Shown here in pieces: positions 1 to 11,100 of a DNA stretch of 58,401 nt (the first letter of the stretch is position 1; every line of letters begins with the position of its first letter). Both the position numbers and the translations under genes were made by a program. Origin of the DNA: an uncultured virus (IMG/VR IMGVR_UViG_3300002835_000038) (taxonomy: Duplodnaviria > Heunggongvirae > Uroviricota > Caudoviricetes); IMG/VR virus record IMGVR_UViG_3300002835_000038, positions 62,001 to 120,401 of that record; one strand, given 5' to 3'. A model generated the notes under the pieces. It was not told the origin of the DNA, made no database searches, and saw only the letters and a list, made by a program, of their open reading frames with translations.

Positions 1-1222
1 CGTGTGCGAATTTTATACCATTAATATATTTTTTAATGAAATCAAATTCTACTCCATATATTCTTAATAGTTTAGATGCTTTCTCACCATTTAATACATA
101 ATCATTACCATCCCCTCTAGGTATGGTATCAAAACTACTTATTGCTTCCGTAGTATATTTTCTTATAATGATATCCGTTCTAGAATTATCTAAATCCTCA
201 CCCAATTGATTCATCTTATCTAAAAAGGCAATATAATAACTATCAAAAAAGTTTAGGTTATAACCGTCTTCTAATAAAGGGAAATTAAATATCTTTTTAG
301 ATGTGAGTAATACACCATTATCTGTATATTTCGTACTATAGAATTGTGATGTATATTTTGGATAAATATTTCTATCTAATAAGTTTAATTGTAAGTCATT
401 TAATCCCGTAAAGAATTTCTCAATCTCCGATTCGTTTGGTTTTATGAAATACGGTATTGACGAATCTATTGGTGTCGTTAAGAATGATATTTGTGGTAAA
501 ATTAAACCAGTTAATTCTGGAAAAGGATTTCCCTCAACAACTAATTCTACCTCAGAGTTAGTTTTTTGTGTTGCAGGTGCGATACTTTTTATTTTTTTCG
601 AAATACCGTTATGTTCAATTGTATATGAACCATATTTTAACGTAAAATTTCTTAAAGGATTTTCTGTTTGTTCTGTAGGTGTAAATTGTGCATCTACAGT
701 ATATTTTATATTGTATGGGTTAACAAAGAAATTACTATTTACCTTAAATGTTGATTCGTCCGCAGATAAATTATACACATAATTAGTAATATTATTACCT
801 GTAACACTACCAACTTTATTATCCACATAAATTGCTGCAGGATAATTATTTTGTATGTCTATTAGGGAAGCCCTAATCAATTCTTTTGCAGAACCATACC
901 AAACATAACTTAATGGATTTGTAATATCTAAATTAAGTTTTGTTTTTAAATTTTTTTGTATCTCTAATTGAGGTGTGTCCGCATCTACAATATCGTCTAA
1001 GGTAAAAAATTTAGATTTTGTACCCTGAGTAAATAAAACATTTGGTTTGGGATCTAAATTTACTGATATTGAAAAATTACCATTAGTAAATAACGTAGTC
1101 CCTCCCTCACTAGTAAGTTGGAACCCTACTAAGTCAGGACTAAAATTCCTATACTCAATGTTGTCATTGAAAAATATTCTTTTAGCGTATCCCGCAATTT
1201 TTATTCTCTTATTGTTAGCCAT
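1..1222 (-). CDS. Large putative virion/baseplate-associated protein, N-terminal part (runs off the left edge; absent from the ORF track)
   Basis: ATG at 1222-1220, 7 nt after the stop of 1230..2132. Reads MANNKRIKIAGYAKRIFFNDNIEYRNFSPDLVGFQLT... with no stop to the window edge (about 407 codons). Function inferred from context only. Confidence 0.75.
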   Translation of the reverse strand, partial: MANNKRIKIAGYAKRIFFNDNIEYRNFSPDLVGFQLTSEGGTTLFTNGNFSISVNLDPKPNVLFTQGTKSKFFTLDDIVDADTPQLEIQKNLKTKLNLDITNPLSYVWYGSAKELIRASLIDIQNNYPAAIYVDNKVGSVTGNNITNYVYNLSADESTFKVNSNFFVNPYNIKYTVDAQFTPTEQTENPLRNFTLKYGSYTIEHNGISKKIKSIAPATQKTNSEVELVVEGNPFPELTGLILPQISFLTTPIDSSIPYFIKPNESEIEKFFTGLNDLQLNLLDRNIYPKYTSQFYSTKYTDNGVLLTSKKIFNFPLLEDGYNLNFFDSYYIAFLDKMNQLGEDLDNSRTDIIIRKYTTEAISSFDTIPRGDGNDYVLNGEKASKLLRIYGVEFDFIKKYINGIKFAH

Positions 1223-1229
1223 TTACGTT

Positions 1230-2132
1230 TTAAAAATTAGTTATATCATCAAAATCTTTTGTTGGGTCGATAGTAAATTTCTGTTCCCTAACTTCATACA
1301 ACGGTTTACCAGTAAACTGATCTTTAACTTCATATAAGTTATATTGTCTGTAAATCTGATTACCAAAATTGTATATAGTATAAATACCATCTTCCAAAGA
1401 TTTTGTTTGGTTAGAGAATAGTGCATATGCCAATGTTTCTTCATCGAATTCCACCATTTCTATTTCCAACATAACTGGATTAAAAAACGTATTTGTTATA
1501 ATTACATCCTGAAGAGGATTACCTATAAAAGGTATTGCGTTTGGTTTAACTGATGGTGCCGAAGAAGGGGATACAGTACAAAATACACTAGTCGAATTAT
1601 CATTAAATGTGTATGCCTGTGACGCATTTGAATTACCTTGATTTTGTGAAATAGGTAATGCCCTATTATTAGACGTTACAATCCTAAATAAATTTTGGAT
1701 TTTATCTTGTCCAGTACCAGTCTGTTCTTTTATATATTCTATTCTATAACCAACAAGATTACCATTCTCAAATCTATTTTGTAATTCAAGTGGTATTTGA
1801 TTGATATCGAAAACGATTCCTTTCACATCTTGATTATCCACCAAAACTGCACAATCTTGTATCGTAGTTCTAATTTGTTTAGGTCTTATTACAATACTAT
1901 AAAATCCTTTAGAACCAAATACTGATGTAGGTAATTTTAATGTATATAATCCACCAAAAATTTCATTTACATTGTTTGGGTTGTTTGCAGGAATCAATAC
2001 CTCTGCAGGGTCTAACGATTGTAATTCTACTGTTGTTAATGATTCCCTATTGGGTGTGTAACTGTAAAATATCTCAACGTCATCAATTGATACATCTGCT
2101 GGTCTTATAGTTCCGTAATTTCCTGTAGCCAT
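1230..2132 (-). CDS. Hypothetical phage protein, probably structural (300 aa)
   Basis: Long ORF tightly packed in the baseplate operon; no recognisable catalytic motif. Confidence 0.6.
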   Translation of the reverse strand: MATGNYGTIRPADVSIDDVEIFYSYTPNRESLTTVELQSLDPAEVLIPANNPNNVNEIFGGLYTLKLPTSVFGSKGFYSIVIRPKQIRTTIQDCAVLVDNQDVKGIVFDINQIPLELQNRFENGNLVGYRIEYIKEQTGTGQDKIQNLFRIVTSNNRALPISQNQGNSNASQAYTFNDNSTSVFCTVSPSSAPSVKPNAIPFIGNPLQDVIITNTFFNPVMLEIEMVEFDEETLAYALFSNQTKSLEDGIYTIYNFGNQIYRQYNLYEVKDQFTGKPLYEVREQKFTIDPTKDFDDITNF

Positions 2133-2142
2133 AACTTTATTT

Positions 2143-3018
2143 TTATATTCTTATAAATCCACCTCTATTTGTGTCGATGTCATTACTTGTTTTTATTTCT
2201 GATAATATTCCGTGTCTTTCAAATATATCTTCTATACCTCTATTTATAAATACTGCACTATCAACTTCTGGTTTAAAAACTACACCTAAATATTCTTCTT
2301 TTTTTAATGAAGCATTTAATGACGTATTATATTGATTCCACCCACCATTTTTAGAAACGAATTTAGTAGTATTATAACTTAAAGATTTACCATATTCATC
2401 AACAGTTTTGGTGAATTGGTTTTTAAATGTAGTAAACTCTACACCTGTACTCTGTACATTACTATTGTTTGATCCAATTTTATAAACTGTCTCAAAATTA
2501 CTTTCATAAATTACACCATTAAAGTTATCTTTAGGGTTATTAGAAACATTTAAATTAGGTACATATATATCATTACCTTGTGAATCTTTTCTATAAGATT
2601 TAACTTGTTTTAATAATGAATCATCCGTATAACCACTAACCGTAACACTATTTGTATAATAAAAACTAACAGGTGCACCAGCCAAACGACCATAAGTAAA
2701 CGAGTTAAAATTATTAGGTTTGATTGTTAATTGACTACTTTTAGGGACAAATGGTTCATCAGTAAAAATACCCATATCATCTATATCCTGTGTTAAAAAT
2801 AAAGTCACATCTATAGTATTAACTATTTTCTGACCTAAAGGAGTTAATATAAAATTACCTTCAGAATCTATCTTATAATCAGGTATTTTACCATAATAAT
2901 ACTTAGGATTACTTTCATCTATGACAGTTTTACCTTCCGAATTTTTAATCAAAACACTTTTAGGTATATTTCTTACCGTATGGTATTCTAAATTTATCTT
3001 TTTTCTAATGTATTCCAT
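2143..3018 (-). CDS. Hypothetical phage protein, probably structural (291 aa)
   Basis: Operon context; ATATTTATA motif 7 nt upstream of the ATG. Confidence 0.6.
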   Translation of the reverse strand: MEYIRKKINLEYHTVRNIPKSVLIKNSEGKTVIDESNPKYYYGKIPDYKIDSEGNFILTPLGQKIVNTIDVTLFLTQDIDDMGIFTDEPFVPKSSQLTIKPNNFNSFTYGRLAGAPVSFYYTNSVTVSGYTDDSLLKQVKSYRKDSQGNDIYVPNLNVSNNPKDNFNGVIYESNFETVYKIGSNNSNVQSTGVEFTTFKNQFTKTVDEYGKSLSYNTTKFVSKNGGWNQYNTSLNASLKKEEYLGVVFKPEVDSAVFINRGIEDIFERHGILSEIKTSNDIDTNRGGFIRI

Positions 3019-3035
3019 AACTATTTATAAATATA

Positions 3036-3920
3036 TTAAAGTATAGTTTGCCAAAATGTTAGTGTAGGTATACCGTTACTTGATGGATTTAAATTAACTC
3101 CTGGTGGTATTAATTGTTGTCTATAGTTTGGTGTGAATTTATATTTATAAATACCATTATCATTTTTTAATATCACCTTTAAATATGTGATACCATTTTC
3201 ACCCTCTAAATTTGTTAAAGTAATATTGTTTGGGTTGAAATCTTTAGATGCTGCCATTTCATATATTTTACCATTTCCCGCATTATTGAATTGTGCAACT
3301 GCATACATTTCATATTCTTGATTTGGTGCATTATCTACTAAGTCCTTAAACCAATATATGTGGAACCCCTCATGAACCTCATTAGGTTGTAATACAGGAT
3401 CACCAATTGTAAATGTAATAGGACAATTATCTAAAGGAAGTACAAACCCGAATTGATTTTCTTGATCTTTACCTACCTGTGTATATATGTCTGAAAAAGA
3501 TAATAATTGATTTTTACCACTATATGGATTATCATAAAGTGATAATCTAATAAAACTATTAATAAATCTTTCAGTTCTACAGAATATATCGTCAAAAATA
3601 AACCCAATATCTTTGTAAAGTCCTGGTTCCGCACTAGTACCCCTATGTGAGGGATTACCTATTAGTATACTACTTGGAGTATAAAAATTTAAATTTATTT
3701 TAAATTTATCTATAATATTCCAATTATTATCACAAGGTTTAAAAATAACTTTTTTATAATCAACTATTGGATTAATAGACTTTTCAATTTCGTCTTTTAC
3801 AAACTTATCCTCAATTAATTCTGCATTATCAACAGGGAAAAAATTAGTTCCCAATGATATGTCTATGGTACTACCAGTACCCAAACTTCCAATTAATATT
3901 TTTCTTCTATCAACAAACAT
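3036..3920 (-). CDS. Hypothetical phage protein, probably structural (294 aa)
   Basis: Start overlaps the end of the upstream gene; operon context. Confidence 0.6.
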   Translation of the reverse strand: MFVDRRKILIGSLGTGSTIDISLGTNFFPVDNAELIEDKFVKDEIEKSINPIVDYKKVIFKPCDNNWNIIDKFKINLNFYTPSSILIGNPSHRGTSAEPGLYKDIGFIFDDIFCRTERFINSFIRLSLYDNPYSGKNQLLSFSDIYTQVGKDQENQFGFVLPLDNCPITFTIGDPVLQPNEVHEGFHIYWFKDLVDNAPNQEYEMYAVAQFNNAGNGKIYEMAASKDFNPNNITLTNLEGENGITYLKVILKNDNGIYKYKFTPNYRQQLIPPGVNLNPSSNGIPTLTFWQTIL

Positions 3921-6084
3921 CGTCTATTTCTTTTTGTTTTAAGAATGATAAGTCTAAACATCCACCAGCAACATCTCTTTTACCTAATTCATATTCACCA
4001 ATATAACTAGCCAATGTTACTTCAATATTTAAATTTGCCAAACCATTGTAATTTAAAATGTCTAATGTGTTTGCAGAACCGACATCTAAAGTAAATATAA
4101 CTTTAGTCCAATTATTACCGTTAAATTGATAGTACCCTACCCCAACACCATTTATGGTATCTGGGTTTGTATTAAAAACGATTAATCCCGATTGTGGGTT
4201 TGGTACTGTAGTAATGTCATTAATATTAACCAACGATGTTGCAGGTATGTCAATACTATAATTTAAGAAGGTAGGATCATTAAGTAATTTTATAAATTTA
4301 TCCTGTTGTAAATTGTTAACATCTGACGCACCTAATACTATATCCTCTGAAATTAATGAAAATTCACAAGGTGGATCCTGTCTTTGGAAATAAAATCTTT
4401 TATCTAAATAAACATAATGTGCACCACTCTCAAAAGGATAATCAACTCCCGCACCTGAATTATCAAATTCACCAATTTCTAATATATCCCTCCATTTAAA
4501 AACATTAGGTGCGATTTCGGTTGCATAATCAGGTATCTGAAAAGACTTTCTCAATTCATCTATTTCGTTTGGGTTTGTGATATTATATTTGTCTATAACT
4601 AATTGTAAGTTAACTGCTGGATTAATATAATTAGAAAATTCTCTTATTTTTACCAAATTAAAAGGTGTATAGATATACCCTTCTTTTTTATTACCTTTAT
4701 TAGTATCTATTGAGTTTAAAAATTCTCTATAAACTGTATTAACTCTATGATATAAATTTTCTAATCTTCTTTCCAATAATTCACTTTCATTATATTCTAC
4801 AATGTCACCATCAAAAATATCATCACTTTCGTCTATATTTTCATAATATGTAGAACCAACGTAATTTGTATCTCCATATGATCTTATATTATAATTAACA
4901 CTTGCGTCATTTTCTAAATCATAACCTGCAGAAATTTTAGTCCAAAATCTTACGTTATATGGTGGTGGTAATGGTTGTTGTTGTATTAACCAATACTGAG
5001 TATTAATTGATGATGGATTAGAGTCATTATCATTTTTTATTATTGATAGGTATAGTTCCGTTATTGGTCTACCTAAATTATCAACTAATGTACTAACGTC
5101 AATATCATTTTTAAAATTAAATGCAACTACCTCATCATTAAAATATGTTACACCATACGCTGCAGGATATAAATCATAATCTTTATAATCTGAACTTGTT
5201 AATGATTTAAATTGTCTCACATAATAACTAGATAATTTACCATTAACACTTCTTTTTATTGTAGATACACCCAAACTAAAATTAATGTCTAAAGGATTAA
5301 CATCTATTATAAATGTCCTTAATTTATTATCATTAACTTGATTACCTAATTTAAATACTCTATATATCTGTGTATTTAAATTAAGTGTATTGTTTGGTGT
5401 ATTGTCAACGAAATTATATAACTTAATCCTATCACCAACATTTAAACCGTGATTCATCGGTGTTCTGAAACCAACATATTGTCTCCCATTTAATTCTATA
5501 GTAAACTTATCAATGACTGGGATACCGTCTTTAAGTGATTTGTTTGAGTTGTTTTTAACTAAAGTTATATCTTTAGTACTAAATGGATAAACTATCTTTA
5601 ATAAGTAATTTGAAGATCCGTCACTATCTAACATTTTTAACCTATCATATCCAGGATCGAATGGAAAAAATTCACATAACGCACTTTTATTATCATTAAA
5701 TTGTATTTCATTCGTATTTGGTTCATCGTTATATGAACCTACCCACCCATCTTTTTCAAAAATAGAACTACTCATTATTGTTTTAGCAGCAACTTGTGGT
5801 ACTGGACTTACATTCGGTAGTGGTTTAGGTTGTTTTAAGTATATTTTTATATTTTCATTAAATAATACATTTGTAACAACTGGTTTGACTACACCATAAA
5901 AACGATAAATTGTACTATCTTTTCTCTCTTTCTCAAACTGTTCAAATTGACTAACAGTCGTATCGATATCGTTTAATGGTATAGGTTTATTAGTATTGTT
6001 TAAACCGAATTGAATTTGTGTGTTTACGTTAACATTATTAGGTAACTTAACACTATTCAATAATATTTTATTATTAATATCCAT
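3910..6084 (-). CDS. Putative virion structural protein (724 aa)
   Basis: TAATG overlap with the upstream gene. Near the C-terminus it carries a PxxGLIVFNT...GYYQFNGxxW module. Confidence 0.6.
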   Translation of the reverse strand: MDINNKILLNSVKLPNNVNVNTQIQFGLNNTNKPIPLNDIDTTVSQFEQFEKERKDSTIYRFYGVVKPVVTNVLFNENIKIYLKQPKPLPNVSPVPQVAAKTIMSSSIFEKDGWVGSYNDEPNTNEIQFNDNKSALCEFFPFDPGYDRLKMLDSDGSSNYLLKIVYPFSTKDITLVKNNSNKSLKDGIPVIDKFTIELNGRQYVGFRTPMNHGLNVGDRIKLYNFVDNTPNNTLNLNTQIYRVFKLGNQVNDNKLRTFIIDVNPLDINFSLGVSTIKRSVNGKLSSYYVRQFKSLTSSDYKDYDLYPAAYGVTYFNDEVVAFNFKNDIDVSTLVDNLGRPITELYLSIIKNDNDSNPSSINTQYWLIQQQPLPPPYNVRFWTKISAGYDLENDASVNYNIRSYGDTNYVGSTYYENIDESDDIFDGDIVEYNESELLERRLENLYHRVNTVYREFLNSIDTNKGNKKEGYIYTPFNLVKIREFSNYINPAVNLQLVIDKYNITNPNEIDELRKSFQIPDYATEIAPNVFKWRDILEIGEFDNSGAGVDYPFESGAHYVYLDKRFYFQRQDPPCEFSLISEDIVLGASDVNNLQQDKFIKLLNDPTFLNYSIDIPATSLVNINDITTVPNPQSGLIVFNTNPDTINGVGVGYYQFNGNNWTKVIFTLDVGSANTLDILNYNGLANLNIEVTLASYIGEYELGKRDVAGGCLDLSFLKQKEIDDVC

Positions 6085-9000
6085 TAGTTAGACGAATTAT
6101 TAGATACCCCCTGTGTCGTTAATACAACATTTGGGTTATTTGGTGGTGTAATTGGTGTCCCAACTTGAGTTGTTTGTATTAATGTCTCACCCAAACACGT
6201 TTTATAAACAGTAAATGGATTATCTCCAACATTATTTATATTAGGTGAATTATTAATATTTTCATTAACAGTATCATTTGATGCATTAAGACCCTCTAAT
6301 GTAACTTCATCTATTAAATCACCGAAGAATTGAGATACAGTTCTATGTAATGCAGTTTTACCTGGTACTAAACCAAAATAAAGGAAATACGGTGTTTGGG
6401 TTCTGTTAAATTTAATACCATTTACTAAATTACTTCCATTATTTGGGTCATCTTCCAAAGTCACCACACCAGTTGTTGGATCTGTTACTAATTGGTTAAT
6501 TTCGTCAACCCCATCTAATTGTGACGTTTGATTAAAATTAATTGTTTGGTTACCATTAGGATAATTAATGAAGGATGATGTTTGTCCTGGTGCCAATCCA
6601 TAGAAGTAATCACCACTACCATTAGTTTTTTTATAACCGCAGGCATCACCAGGAATAAATGTATCTCCGTCATTATATTCTGAAAGAATTTGTTCACCAT
6701 CTAAATTATAATATAAATTATACCCCTCACTCAATGCAATTTCAGGATATGTATTATATAAGTTATCAAACTCCAATGAACCTGGTCTTTGGTGGTGGAA
6801 CGTTAAATTAGATGATTTATAACCATTAAATCTTTTACAAAAATAACTTCTTACATCTTCATCATGATCAAACCTTAAGAAACAGTTACCTATCTCTATA
6901 CCTATATCGTTTTTATCTATGATATCCACACCTATTTGTGAATGATTTACACTCGCTGACGTATTCAAACAAACTGTTTTAAAACAAGAGAACTCCGCAT
7001 AAGCCCTAAGATTTAACGATATATTTTTCTTATCGTCAAACTTAAGAATATTTCTAGTAACATTATTACCCGATATTTGTGGTGTACCTAATTTATATTT
7101 AACATCCTCATAACTAACATTAAATGTAGTCGGTGGTATGACATCCATAATAAATGGTACATCGTCAATATCACAATATGTACTACTACCTAATTCCATA
7201 ATAGTTGTAGGTAACATTAGGTTTGCTTTATATTCACTATTATTATATTTTACATCACCTTTAGGTATGTAAGGTGTATAATATATATTACCATCAGCCC
7301 AACTAATTAACCCGTGTTTAATTAATTTACTATAGTTATTATATTCCGTTTCGTTATATATACAAGGTGCCACACCATTGGTGTTACAGTCTGGTGCACA
7401 TGTGTAAGATGGACATCCCGAAGATGGTACTGTTGGACTTCCAGGTTCTTCTTCATCTGGTTGCTCTATCGGACCAAAACCATCTTCCGCCTCTTCTGCA
7501 GTTGGTACATAATTACTTGACTCTACACAATCTAATGATGTTTTAAAGTATTCTTTTCTCTCCATCATTCTTGTATCGTCACATATATTCCTATGGTGTC
7601 CATGTCCACCTATGTTTGTCCAAGTTGAGTTGCCTGCAGCATCTTCTGTTTCTACATACTCAGGTTTACCGTGTTCACTTTGTATTGTTCTATTTTTAAT
7701 TTCATACTGAACCCCAAATGTATTAAATGTATTTTGGAATGATGAAAAACTATTAAATTTAATTTTACACGCTTCAAAATTACTATTTTTACCATTAAAT
7801 TCTAATTCTTTTACTGCAACATTAAGGTTTGGCGTCTGTAAATCATTATCTTCTGTACCATACCAATCAGTAACCCTTCTCCATCTTACCTTAGCAGTAC
7901 AATCGTTAACAACTATTAAAGGTGTAGAACCTAAAGTTGTGGGTATTTTTATTCTCCATTGTTCAAATGTAGGATTACCTTGAAAGTTTGTAGTAAATGA
8001 TCCTAAAACTGGTCCTCTTTCTTTACAATCAAAATCGCAAAATTTATCTTTTTTAATCTGACCAAATTTTCTTTTTCTCTTTTTTAGTTTATATTTTCTC
8101 TTAACCAAAGGGAAATATAGTGTACCACCAACCCAATCATTATAAAAGTCAAATTTTAACATTCTAAGAAAAACAGCAACAGGTTCCATTACACATGAAA
8201 CCCAATCCTTTATTCCTGGTGTCTGTATACCACCACAATTACTACAACTAAATGGTTGTACATATTGTGAATTACATCCCGAATCATCACCAAAAGGAGT
8301 TTTTATTAATGTTAATTTATATTCTTTCCCTTCATCCGCACACTTTAATGATATTAATGGTACTTTAACACAACATTTAGAACAACAACCAAAATTATTA
8401 CCACAACTTGACTCATTAGTTGGGCAACCATATGTTGGATCACTACAACAACTGTGTTGGGTTCCACCACATATGTCTTTACATTTCTTACATAATAAAC
8501 CACTGAATATACACTTATATTTTAAAGATATACAATTGCCTAAAATTTTAATACCACCATCTGGACAAGCCTGTGATAAATTACATTCGTCACAGTCCAA
8601 TCCTTGATACCAATAAGTTCCTTGCCCAACCCTCATTCTTCTACATCCAGCACCTGGAGAAGTTGCACAAGATCCATAATTATACCACCAATCCTCTACA
8701 CCTGTTCCTGTTGCACTATTTTGGACTGGTCCTGGTCCTGGGTTACCGATATTATTAGTATTTGTAATAACACTTGGTACACCATTACCATTCTGAGGCA
8801 TATCAGAAAAATTAATTGTCGCACAACTACCAGATTCTTCATCGTTAGGTGGATTCACTCTACCATTAACATCGATACAACTTGACCATGGGTTATCACC
8901 ACTACCAATAGGGGTTCCATTATTACCTGCTCTGATTGACCCACAACCAGCAAATGATGCTGGATACCCATCATTTCCCGTTTCTTTCCAACATCCAGCT

Positions 9001-10664
9001 CCATCATCATATGATTGTGATTGAACGTAGAATCTCGCCCTACTACCTTTGTTAGATACTAAACAAATACCTACAGGTAACTTAATATTACATATTGCAG
9101 TTACTAAACCATTGATAATATTTATGATACCATTTATAAATCCTACTACGTGTCCAAATATTGATAATATGAGACATATTATACTATAAAGTGGATTAAA
9201 ATTAGTATCTAACCTATTTGTGGGGAATTTGTTAACACCCTCACCATTTAAAATATCTTTAATACCTATAAACCCTCTAGCCTCATCACCAAATTTACCA
9301 CCTATTTTTTGTAATCTTCCAATATATTGTTTAACAGTATATACTTTTTTCCATCTAAATGGATAAAATTCCTCTAAGTAGTTGTATTGATTGGTTAAAT
9401 CGTTTGCATATGGAGTATTATCAGTTATTGTTGATAATTGTTGGTTTATTTTAAAATCACTACTATTTTTTAATTCATTAGTACCATATTCCCTAAAATT
9501 AAAATTGTTGTTAGTATTAGGTACTAAATATTTTGCCCTCTCTCTTAATCTTTTATCGTTAGATGTTGCATCCATAGATATTCTAAACCTATAATCACCT
9601 TCAGTCGCAACACCCTTTATACCATCAGGTGAGGGAATTAAGTTTCCAAACTCATCTGTCACTACCTTTCTAATATTCATAGGTACTAATACTGACCAAT
9701 TACCATTATCGTCAATAGAATTATCCTTAAAGGTAAAATTTTCTATATTCCCATCTACTGTTCTTCTGATTGACTCTATTTTACCAGAACCAGTTATTAC
9801 CTCATTTAATTTACCCATCTCGCGGGCTGGTTTACAGTTCTTATTTAATGAATCTTTTTCATCATCAGTAAAAATACTACCCGTAAAAATTGCGGTAGGT
9901 ACTAATTCTAAACTATCTATAGAAATATCTAATCTGTTTATACCTAAACCACTACCAACATTTAAACTATCACACCAATAAGGTTCAACTCTAATTGGTA
10001 TATTTTCAGAAAATATTTGCGGTAAACTATCTAAGTTATTTGAAGATTTGAATTTAAATCTATCTTTAAATAAGTTATCACTATAACCCTGATCAATTAA
10101 TTCAAAAGGTCGTACAGATAAAAATCCAATATCACTAACATCCATATCATAATGGAGGAAGTGATCCCCTACAGGTACTCCAAATAATATATAATCACCC
10201 GCAGAATTAGTAGTTGTCGTATACTTATAATATTTTTCGTAAATTTCTAGTGTAGTACTATCATCTAATATCTGTCTTTTCTTAGGAAAAGTACCTACAG
10301 GTGTATGATCTAGTTTTTGTTGGTAACTAGGTAAAACGTTATACCTTATCCCATTCCTATTTTTTTGATCAGGAAATGGTTCACTATATGGATATATTGC
10401 AGACTTTACTGGATCATTTAAATCCGCTTCATCTACAGGTACAAAAACTGAAACTCTTACGTTTGGTACACCGAATCCATTATTTATAATTACTCTTCCT
10501 GCAATTACACCATATTCCGCACAGTAACTTTGATATTCGTCTTTTTGTGAAATTTTTAAACTTAATATTTCTAAATGATCATAGTTTTGAGTTAAGTCAA
10601 CATTAACTTTTAAATATCCATTATCTTCGCCTGGTGTTGTCCTAATTCTATATGATTTAGACAT
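6084..10664 (-). CDS. Large baseplate-associated protein with a hydrophobic segment and Cys-rich central region (1526 aa)
   Basis: Lies downstream of the baseplate wedge genes. N-terminal beta-sandwich-like region (GRVIINNGFGVPNVRVSVF; TTTNSAGDYILFGVPVG), hydrophobic LYSIICLILSIFGHVVGFINGIINIINGLVTAIC, and dense Cys clusters. Confidence 0.6.
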   Translation of the reverse strand: MSKSYRIRTTPGEDNGYLKVNVDLTQNYDHLEILSLKISQKDEYQSYCAEYGVIAGRVIINNGFGVPNVRVSVFVPVDEADLNDPVKSAIYPYSEPFPDQKNRNGIRYNVLPSYQQKLDHTPVGTFPKKRQILDDSTTLEIYEKYYKYTTTTNSAGDYILFGVPVGDHFLHYDMDVSDIGFLSVRPFELIDQGYSDNLFKDRFKFKSSNNLDSLPQIFSENIPIRVEPYWCDSLNVGSGLGINRLDISIDSLELVPTAIFTGSIFTDDEKDSLNKNCKPAREMGKLNEVITGSGKIESIRRTVDGNIENFTFKDNSIDDNGNWSVLVPMNIRKVVTDEFGNLIPSPDGIKGVATEGDYRFRISMDATSNDKRLRERAKYLVPNTNNNFNFREYGTNELKNSSDFKINQQLSTITDNTPYANDLTNQYNYLEEFYPFRWKKVYTVKQYIGRLQKIGGKFGDEARGFIGIKDILNGEGVNKFPTNRLDTNFNPLYSIICLILSIFGHVVGFINGIINIINGLVTAICNIKLPVGICLVSNKGSRARFYVQSQSYDDGAGCWKETGNDGYPASFAGCGSIRAGNNGTPIGSGDNPWSSCIDVNGRVNPPNDEESGSCATINFSDMPQNGNGVPSVITNTNNIGNPGPGPVQNSATGTGVEDWWYNYGSCATSPGAGCRRMRVGQGTYWYQGLDCDECNLSQACPDGGIKILGNCISLKYKCIFSGLLCKKCKDICGGTQHSCCSDPTYGCPTNESSCGNNFGCCSKCCVKVPLISLKCADEGKEYKLTLIKTPFGDDSGCNSQYVQPFSCSNCGGIQTPGIKDWVSCVMEPVAVFLRMLKFDFYNDWVGGTLYFPLVKRKYKLKKRKRKFGQIKKDKFCDFDCKERGPVLGSFTTNFQGNPTFEQWRIKIPTTLGSTPLIVVNDCTAKVRWRRVTDWYGTEDNDLQTPNLNVAVKELEFNGKNSNFEACKIKFNSFSSFQNTFNTFGVQYEIKNRTIQSEHGKPEYVETEDAAGNSTWTNIGGHGHHRNICDDTRMMERKEYFKTSLDCVESSNYVPTAEEAEDGFGPIEQPDEEEPGSPTVPSSGCPSYTCAPDCNTNGVAPCIYNETEYNNYSKLIKHGLISWADGNIYYTPYIPKGDVKYNNSEYKANLMLPTTIMELGSSTYCDIDDVPFIMDVIPPTTFNVSYEDVKYKLGTPQISGNNVTRNILKFDDKKNISLNLRAYAEFSCFKTVCLNTSASVNHSQIGVDIIDKNDIGIEIGNCFLRFDHDEDVRSYFCKRFNGYKSSNLTFHHQRPGSLEFDNLYNTYPEIALSEGYNLYYNLDGEQILSEYNDGDTFIPGDACGYKKTNGSGDYFYGLAPGQTSSFINYPNGNQTINFNQTSQLDGVDEINQLVTDPTTGVVTLEDDPNNGSNLVNGIKFNRTQTPYFLYFGLVPGKTALHRTVSQFFGDLIDEVTLEGLNASNDTVNENINNSPNINNVGDNPFTVYKTCLGETLIQTTQVGTPITPPNNPNVVLTTQGVSNNSSN

Positions 10665-10667
10665 ATA

Positions 10668-11051
10668 TTAATCATTGTTTTTTTTATTGTTATCGAAAAT
10701 TTCAATATCATCAATATTTTTTCCTACATAACTAGTAGTATCCTTAAATTGATTCTCTCTTTTTCTAATCTCTCTTTTATATTTAAATTCCGCATATTTC
10801 GTAAATATACCCATAAATAAATTCTTAAACTTTTTAGTAACATTAGGTAATGATTTAGGAAAAAAGAACGAAATAAAAATCTGCCCAACTAAGACTAAAA
10901 TAATAAGAGGTATTGCTATAATAATAACAAAAAATGCAATCACTCTAAATAAAAATGTACTACCCGCTAAATCTGAAGGTATTAAATTTAAAGTTTGATT
11001 TTCATTATTATCATTTTGTGTTTCTGTTTGATTACATGTATTACATCCCAT
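10668..11051 (-). CDS. Small membrane protein with N-terminal CxxC (127 aa)
   Basis: MGCNTC start, a hydrophobic stretch of about 30 residues (FLFRVIAFFVIIIAIPLIILVLVGQIFISFFF) and a basic C-terminal region. Confidence 0.65.
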   Translation of the reverse strand: MGCNTCNQTETQNDNNENQTLNLIPSDLAGSTFLFRVIAFFVIIIAIPLIILVLVGQIFISFFFPKSLPNVTKKFKNLFMGIFTKYAEFKYKREIRKRENQFKDTTSYVGKNIDDIEIFDNNKKNND

Positions 11052-11100
11052 AACTTATATTTTTTTAATAAAACTAACTCAATTTTCTAGAAAGTAAGTA

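Noticed and set aside
10668..11051. Holin
   Set aside because: It has a hydrophobic segment but no adjacent endolysin or spanin genes, so the call is not supported.
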